A DNA stretch of 64,000 bases from Thiothrix sp. (lineage in GTDB: Bacteria; Pseudomonadota; Gammaproteobacteria; Poriferisulfidales; GCA-002705445): the NCBI GenBank assembly GCA_038141665.1, contig JAYQIN010000002.1, forward strand, positions 336,843 through 400,842, in the 5' to 3' direction. The stretch's first letter is position 1. Each line of letters starts with the position of its first letter. A program made the translations under genes and the position numbers. Below the pieces are notes generated by a model that saw nothing but the letters and a program-made list of their open reading frames with translations, was not told the origin of the DNA and did not search any database. Below are positions 58,375 to 64,000 of the stretch, one piece after another.

Positions 58375-60795
58375 ATGAATATAAATAAATTTTTAGAACC
58401 TGGCAATAGTACAAATGTTATAGCAGCAGCTGGAACTGGTAAAACTTGGTTTATAATATCAAAAATATTAAGGCTTTTATTAGCAGGTTGTGAAACAGAT
58501 AAAATTACAGCTATCACTTTCACAAAAAAAGCTTCTGCAGAAATGAAAAACAGGCTAAATGAGAAAATCGAAGCTTGGTCTAAATATAGTGATGAAGATA
58601 TTAAAAAAGATTTAAAAGAAATAGGTATAGAAAAAAACTATAATATATATATAGAAAAAGCTAAGAAACTCTTTTTAGAAATTCAATTAGATCCAAAAGA
58701 TATAAGAATATCAACCTTTGACTCATTTTTTATGGATATTCTAGGTCAATTTTATTTTGATAAACAAGTTCCTTATAATACAAAAACAAATGAATATCAA
58801 AAATTGGCTTCTAAAGAAATTGAAAAAAAATTTTTTAGTGAAAATTACTTAAACTCTAATCCAGAAATAAAAAAAAATATTAATTTTTTAAACGAGCATC
58901 TTGGAAGCTACTACAATGTTAAAAATTCAATCACAAGTATAATTGAGAAAAAATCATATTTTTTAGAAATTTACGAAAATTTATCTGATATAAAAAATTT
59001 TAACAATGAAACTATTTTTAATACCTCCAAAATAAAAAATAATTTTGTAGATAAAGTAATTTATGAATTTCAAAAAAATGAATTTCTATATAAAAATTAC
59101 TCAGATTTTTTAGAAAAATTATTAGCTAACAATTATTGTGTTGATGAAAAAATTGTTTTTATTAAAGATTTCTTTCTGACAAAAAATGATAGAAAAATAA
59201 GAAAAAAAATTGCTAATGAATTTTCGAAAAAAAGTATAAATTTAAATAAGTTTTTGTCACATATATTTTGTTATGAGCTGAATATCTATAATGCTATCCA
59301 AGTTTCTTGGAAATTTCTTACAACTTCATTTTTTTGTGAATATCAAAACTTTCTCAAAGAAAATAATATTCATGACTATTCTGATAATACTTGGTTATGC
59401 TATAAAAAATTATCAGAACTAAATCAAGATAACTGGATATTTTATAAGATTGCGAACTCAATTAATCATATTTTAATAGATGAATTTCAAGATACAAATT
59501 ATATTCAATGGAAAATAATATCTATGGTTCTTGGCTCTATGAACCAATTGAATTCTCATAATTCTGTAACAATAGTGGGTGATGCAAAACAGTCAATATA
59601 TGGATTTAGAGGTTCTGAACCAAGATTATTTGATATTTGTAGGAAATACACAAATCTAAATTTTAATTCAAATGAATTATTTTTAGATGAATCCAGGAGA
59701 TCGTCAAAAAATATAATAAATTTTGTAAATAATGTGTTTGAAACAGAAAATAATTTTTATACAAAAATTAAAACACCGGGATTTGTAGAGATTAATGTTT
59801 TAGATGAAAATGAAGAAATTAATACGATCACTGAAGCTGAAAATATCGCTCTTCAGATTAATAAAATAAAAAGAAACAAAAATATAAAATATGCAGATAT
59901 AATCATTCTAGTAAAAAATAGAACACATATAGACTGTATAGAAAAAACTCTAATAAAAAATTTTATACCTGTATCAACTGACAAAAAAGAGTCCATTCTA
60001 GATAGCAAAGAAATTAAAGATCTTTTTTATTTATTAAAATATATGATACTTTGCGAGAAAAATAATTACGAGTTATTCTCAATATTAAAAAGTTCCATTT
60101 TTAATTATTCTGTAGAGCAAATTAATAAAATTAATATAAATGACTTTGACAGCCTAGAAAAATTATTGCTTTCTAGTAAGCATAAAAAATCTATCAAAAA
60201 GTGGAAAAGTTATATAGGCAAAATTCCTATGCATGATCTAATTGATATGATATATCATGACTTAAACATCATTAAATTATACTACACGGAAAATAATTTA
60301 GAAAATAAAAAGATAAGAAATAATTTTTTAAAATTTTTAAATATAAGTTTAAATATTAATAATGGCAGATATATATCACCATATCAATTTTTATACCAAA
60401 TTGAAAAAATTAAAGATAGTCCAGAAACTCAGGAAAACTTATTCAATAATTCTGTAAGAATAATGACTATACATTCTTCTAAAGGTCTTGAGTCGGATGT
60501 TATTTTTTTGGCTCAAACATACCTACAAAATAATTTATCTCCTAATTCTAATATAGTACCGATTTTCAATGACGACTACTCTTGTAAAGACTTATTCCTG
60601 TTCCTGCCTAAATTTTTTAAAAATAATAATTTAATTGAAGAGAATTTTAAAAAACATAATGATAAAGAAAAATTAGAAGAGAATAATCTTTTCTACGTAG
60701 CTTGCACTAGAGCAAAAAGAATTTTAGTAATAAATGGATTTGATAATAAAAAATATAATCAAAGTTGGTTTGCTAATTTTTTATCTTCTCAATGA
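58375..60795 (+). CDS. UvrD/Rep/AddA-family superfamily-1 DNA helicase with no nuclease domain
   Basis: 806 aa carrying all SF1 motifs: I (AAAGTGKT), Ia (TFTKKASAEM), II (IDEFQDTN), III (VGDAKQSIYGFRG), V (IHSSKGLESDVIF) and VI (YVACTRAKRILVI). Confidence 0.8.
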   Translation: MNINKFLEPGNSTNVIAAAGTGKTWFIISKILRLLLAGCETDKITAITFTKKASAEMKNRLNEKIEAWSKYSDEDIKKDLKEIGIEKNYNIYIEKAKKLFLEIQLDPKDIRISTFDSFFMDILGQFYFDKQVPYNTKTNEYQKLASKEIEKKFFSENYLNSNPEIKKNINFLNEHLGSYYNVKNSITSIIEKKSYFLEIYENLSDIKNFNNETIFNTSKIKNNFVDKVIYEFQKNEFLYKNYSDFLEKLLANNYCVDEKIVFIKDFFLTKNDRKIRKKIANEFSKKSINLNKFLSHIFCYELNIYNAIQVSWKFLTTSFFCEYQNFLKENNIHDYSDNTWLCYKKLSELNQDNWIFYKIANSINHILIDEFQDTNYIQWKIISMVLGSMNQLNSHNSVTIVGDAKQSIYGFRGSEPRLFDICRKYTNLNFNSNELFLDESRRSSKNIINFVNNVFETENNFYTKIKTPGFVEINVLDENEEINTITEAENIALQINKIKRNKNIKYADIIILVKNRTHIDCIEKTLIKNFIPVSTDKKESILDSKEIKDLFYLLKYMILCEKNNYELFSILKSSIFNYSVEQINKININDFDSLEKLLLSSKHKKSIKKWKSYIGKIPMHDLIDMIYHDLNIIKLYYTENNLENKKIRNNFLKFLNISLNINNGRYISPYQFLYQIEKIKDSPETQENLFNNSVRIMTIHSSKGLESDVIFLAQTYLQNNLSPNSNIVPIFNDDYSCKDLFLFLPKFFKNNNLIEENFKKHNDKEKLEENNLFYVACTRAKRILVINGFDNKKYNQSWFANFLSSQ

Positions 60796-61513
60796 TTTCT
60801 TTTGGACTTTTGTATCCCAAAATTAAATTGCCGTTTGGTAAAAATATAGTTGGTGTTGAGCTAACCCCTAAACTACTAATTAAATTCTGATGATTTTCAA
60901 TTGGGTTTTCACAATACTTTTTTTTGATTTCTTTGCTACTTTTAAGTAACGTAAAAGCATCATTCTTATTTTTTGCACACCACGCAGATACAATTTTACT
61001 TTTCACGCTCTCTTTTCTAGCCAAAACTAGATATCTAATTTTGATTCCATTTTTCAGATATGTCGGTATATCTTGATGAAATTTTTGGCAATATCGGCAA
61101 TCTATGTCAGTAACAACGTCAATATAATTTTCCTTACTTTGCCCATAAACAAATAATTGATTATCAGGAATATTTTTTAATAATTTTTTTCTTTCTACCG
61201 AGCTAGATGCTTCAGTCATATTTATGAAAACGTAATCATTTCCTTCTTTTTCAACTTTCTGTAAATTGCCACCCTCAAATATATATTTTCCGTCATCAGT
61301 TATGTAAATAATTGCTGTCCCATAATGTACTTCATAAATATTTTTTATCCCAGTTTTTATAATTTTATCAAATTTTAAAGTTGGAAATATTTCAGACATT
61401 TTTTTTTCTAAAGAAAATATTATCTTGTCGTCGGAATGACAAATTGAAATATTAAAAATAAAAAATGCTGAAATGATAACTAATTTTATTAAGCTCGCGG
61501 GTGATTTCTGCAA
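60773..61513 (-). CDS. dsbC: Thiol:disulfide interchange protein, DsbC/DsbG family
   Basis: 246 aa with a signal peptide and a thioredoxin-fold CxxC (CRYC). It is adjacent to xerD as in E. coli. Confidence 0.8.
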   Translation of the reverse strand: MQKSPASLIKLVIISAFFIFNISICHSDDKIIFSLEKKMSEIFPTLKFDKIIKTGIKNIYEVHYGTAIIYITDDGKYIFEGGNLQKVEKEGNDYVFINMTEASSSVERKKLLKNIPDNQLFVYGQSKENYIDVVTDIDCRYCQKFHQDIPTYLKNGIKIRYLVLARKESVKSKIVSAWCAKNKNDAFTLLKSSKEIKKKYCENPIENHQNLISSLGVSSTPTIFLPNGNLILGYKSPKEIIEKIKN

Positions 61514-62388
61514 TGTAACTCCTTTAATTCATTTTTAGCAATATGAGTATATAACTGTGTAGTTGAAAGGTCACTGTGTCCTAATAATAACTGAACAACT
61601 CTAAGATCTGCCCCATTATTAATCATATGAGTTGCAAAAGCATGTCTTAATGTATGTGGCGATAAGTGCTCTTTAATTCCAACTTTTAAGGCATACTTTT
61701 TTAATATATGCCAAAATGAATGCCTAGTCATTTCACTACCTCTATTGCTTAAAAAAAGTGAATCAGATTTTTTCTTATTCACAAACTCTGATCTAAAATT
61801 TTCTATGTATGTTTTTAAAAAGGTAAGAGCATAATCATTTATTGGAATTATTCTCTCTTTATTACCCTTTCCCATAACTCGTAAAAAATTACTTTCCATT
61901 GTAACTTGAGATAATTTCAACGTAACTAGTTCCGAAACTCTCAAACCGCAAGCATATAAAATTTCTAGCATGGCTTTGTCTCTTGCCCCAAACCTGGTAT
62001 TGACGTCAGGAGCATTTAATAACTTATCAACAATCTCAGTATCAATAGTATGCGGAAGAGATTTGGCGTTTCGAGGGGTCTCAATATCTTCTGTAGGATT
62101 TTTTTTGACAATGTTATGAGTAGTTAAATATAAAAAAAACTTTTTTAAAGATGATATTAGCCTCATAATGCTTCTAGATGATATACCGCTTGAAAATCTC
62201 TCAGATATAAAAGAGTTGATGTCGGTATGTTGAACGCTCAATAAGTCAATTTTTTTATTTTGTAAAAATAGCAAGAAACTCTTTATATCATGCTCATATG
62301 ATAATAAAGTATTTTTTGATAAGCCTTGCTCAGCCCATATGCTATCAAGAAAGCTGTCTAAGTTATCATTGTTTAATTTATTTTTCAT
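61489..62388 (-). CDS. xerD: Site-specific tyrosine recombinase XerD
   Basis: 299 aa. The C-terminal catalytic region HTLRHAFATH...LLGHSDLSTTQLYTH carries the R-H-R-Y residues. Confidence 0.9.
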   Translation of the reverse strand: MKNKLNNDNLDSFLDSIWAEQGLSKNTLLSYEHDIKSFLLFLQNKKIDLLSVQHTDINSFISERFSSGISSRSIMRLISSLKKFFLYLTTHNIVKKNPTEDIETPRNAKSLPHTIDTEIVDKLLNAPDVNTRFGARDKAMLEILYACGLRVSELVTLKLSQVTMESNFLRVMGKGNKERIIPINDYALTFLKTYIENFRSEFVNKKKSDSLFLSNRGSEMTRHSFWHILKKYALKVGIKEHLSPHTLRHAFATHMINNGADLRVVQLLLGHSDLSTTQLYTHIAKNELKELHCRNHPRA

Positions 62389-62441
62389 ATTTCTAAGAAT
62401 ATAATAAAGTAATTATAAACCTATTACAATATGGCAGAGTT

Positions 62442-62843
62442 ATGCGTAACGTATCAATTTGGAGAAGATTTGGAGCAATTTTATATGATTCTTTTTTGGT
62501 GTTGGCAATATTAATAATCATGTCACTTCCACTTTATAATTTTGATTTACAAGGAAGTGAATCTCTAAAAATTACCATGCAAATTTATTATTACTTTATC
62601 ACGCAGTATTTTTTTGTTTGGTTCTGGGTAAACAATCAAGGTACGCTAGGCATGAAAACATGGAAAATAAAAATTGTTAGTGACAATGAAGAACCACTAA
62701 CATATAAAAAGGCAGTTGTTAGATTTAATATTGCGATACTATCATTTCTATTTTTTGGGCTTGGCTTTTTAATATCTATATTTAGAGAAGACAGAAAATG
62801 TTTACATGATTTTATCTCAAGAACAAACCTAGTAAAGCCTTAG
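62442..62843 (+). CDS. RDD family membrane protein
   Basis: 133 aa. The RDD-domain pattern is RRFGAILYDSFL...W...GTLGMKTWKIKIV. Confidence 0.65.
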   Translation: MRNVSIWRRFGAILYDSFLVLAILIIMSLPLYNFDLQGSESLKITMQIYYYFITQYFFVWFWVNNQGTLGMKTWKIKIVSDNEEPLTYKKAVVRFNIAILSFLFFGLGFLISIFREDRKCLHDFISRTNLVKP

Positions 62844-63906
62844 AACCATAAAACCTTCTAATTATATATAATCCTAAAATAAGTAGGATTATTATTGGCA
62901 AGAAAGAACCTAAAAATGGTGGGATATTTATAATCATAGACAGCTTATTTATTGTTTGATTAAATAAAAATAAACTTATGCCAGTCAAGATTCCTATAAA
63001 TATTCTCTGTCCATAACTTGCTGATCTTATATTTGAATGAACAAATGGAGTAGTTAATAAAAACATTACTAAGCAAGATAAAGGTATTGAGAATTTTGAC
63101 CAAAAAGCTAATTGATAATTTTTAGCTTCCATAGAATTATTTTCTAAGTATCTTATATACTTTTTTAATTGCATTATATTCATTTGATTTGGCTTAATAA
63201 TCATAATGTCGAATAGGTCCAAATCTACAAATTCATTAAAACTTGCAAATTCTTCATTTACTATTTCTATATTTTTATTTTGAAAATTTGTTTTAGTAAT
63301 TTTTTTCATTAGCCATTTTTCGTTTATATAGCTTCCTTCCTCTGCATAAATTGATTCTATTAATTGTTGCTTTTTGTTGAAACGATAAATTGAAACTTCT
63401 TGAACAATTTTATCAGGATAAACTCTGGCGATATGTATAAAACTGCTTCTATTTTTTATCCAAATTCCATTGGTATTTTTCATACTTAATCTTGTAGACT
63501 GGCTTAAATTTTTAAGATTATTTGCAACTTGTTGTCCTTGTGGCGCGATAAATTCTCCCATAAGAAAAGTCACCAAAACAATTATAGATCCCGTTTTCAA
63601 AGTAATTTTTATAATTTTTGATAGTGATAGACCTGAAAATTTTGCAGCATTTAATTCATTTGTACTTGAAAGTTTACTTAGGCCAATAAGACTTCCCATT
63701 AAAGTTGCTATTGGCAAAACTTCATAGATATTTTGTGGAATATTTAATAATACATAAAGAAACGCTAATGTTAATGTATACCCTTCATCTACTTTTTTTA
63801 TTTCGTCAACAAGATCTAACAACCCAACCACAACTACAAGAATTCCCAAAACTGAGAATATTGATAATAATATTTGTTTTGCAATATATTTATCTAAAAT
63901 CTTCAT
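62812..63906 (-). CDS. lptG: LPS export ABC transporter permease, LptF/LptG (YjgP/YjgQ) family
   Basis: 364 aa starting MKILDKYIAKQILLSIFSVLGIL, with 6 TM and a periplasmic beta-jellyroll. Confidence 0.75.
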   Translation of the reverse strand: MKILDKYIAKQILLSIFSVLGILVVVVGLLDLVDEIKKVDEGYTLTLAFLYVLLNIPQNIYEVLPIATLMGSLIGLSKLSSTNELNAAKFSGLSLSKIIKITLKTGSIIVLVTFLMGEFIAPQGQQVANNLKNLSQSTRLSMKNTNGIWIKNRSSFIHIARVYPDKIVQEVSIYRFNKKQQLIESIYAEEGSYINEKWLMKKITKTNFQNKNIEIVNEEFASFNEFVDLDLFDIMIIKPNQMNIMQLKKYIRYLENNSMEAKNYQLAFWSKFSIPLSCLVMFLLTTPFVHSNIRSASYGQRIFIGILTGISLFLFNQTINKLSMIINIPPFLGSFLPIIILLILGLYIIRRFYGSKALLGLFLR

Positions 63907-64000
63907 TAGTTATTTTAAATAGCTTTTAAGCATACCTGTAAATTTTGAAAATAAGTTAATTTGTCTTTTCTTTATCATATATAATGAATAGCATAAAATT

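Noticed and set aside
58375-60795. UvrD-like helicase as part of an anti-phage defence system
   Set aside because: No partner nuclease, methylase, ATPase or other defence-associated genes flank it. Its neighbours are htpX, dsbC and xerD housekeeping genes.
61489-62388. Tyrosine recombinase as a marker of a mobile element
   Set aside because: It has a full XerD signature in the conserved xerD-dsbC context, so it is chromosome dimer resolution and not an integrase.
1-64000. CRISPR arrays, IS elements or prophage remnants
   Set aside because: No direct-repeat/spacer periodicity was seen. No transposase, integrase (other than chromosomal xerD), capsid or terminase-like ORFs are present.

Overview
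This is a 64-kb chromosomal segment, AT-rich by eye (I estimate roughly 30% GC), of a streamlined gammaproteobacterium; the marine, SAR86-like placement is a guess. It is almost entirely core housekeeping genes in blocks with recognisable synteny. Several blocks follow the order I recall from E. coli: dapB-carA-carB, recN-nadK-grpE, bamE-ratB-ratA-smpB, dnaQ-rnhA-methyltransferase, tig-clpP-clpX-lon-hupB-ppiD, ppiB-lpxH and truA-accD-folC-dedD-cvpA-purF. Other blocks look like those of non-enteric gammaproteobacteria, namely hrcA-grpE-dnaK-dnaJ and leuC-leuD-leuB-asd. Eight tRNA genes are present, and I can read sigma-32-type heat-shock promoters upstream of dnaK, grpE and lon. There are no CRISPR arrays, IS elements or prophage genes. 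Five conserved genes (carA, recN, yejA, purF, leuC) are interrupted by frameshifts that sit on homopolymer runs, which looks more like sequencing/assembly indels than decay. The most interesting locus is a roughly 3.3-kb insertion between tRNA-Leu and a tRNA-Pro/Arg/His cluster. It encodes a CPBP intramembrane protease, a signal-peptide protein that fuses a textbook PCu(A)C copper-chaperone domain to a methionine-rich outer-membrane beta-barrel, a small secreted Cys protein and a 4-TM protein. Together these look like a compact, previously undescribed copper-handling module. Other oddities are a DnaJ lacking its zinc-finger domain, a BamE lipoprotein with a 200-aa C-terminal extension, and a stand-alone UvrD-family helicase without a nuclease domain.
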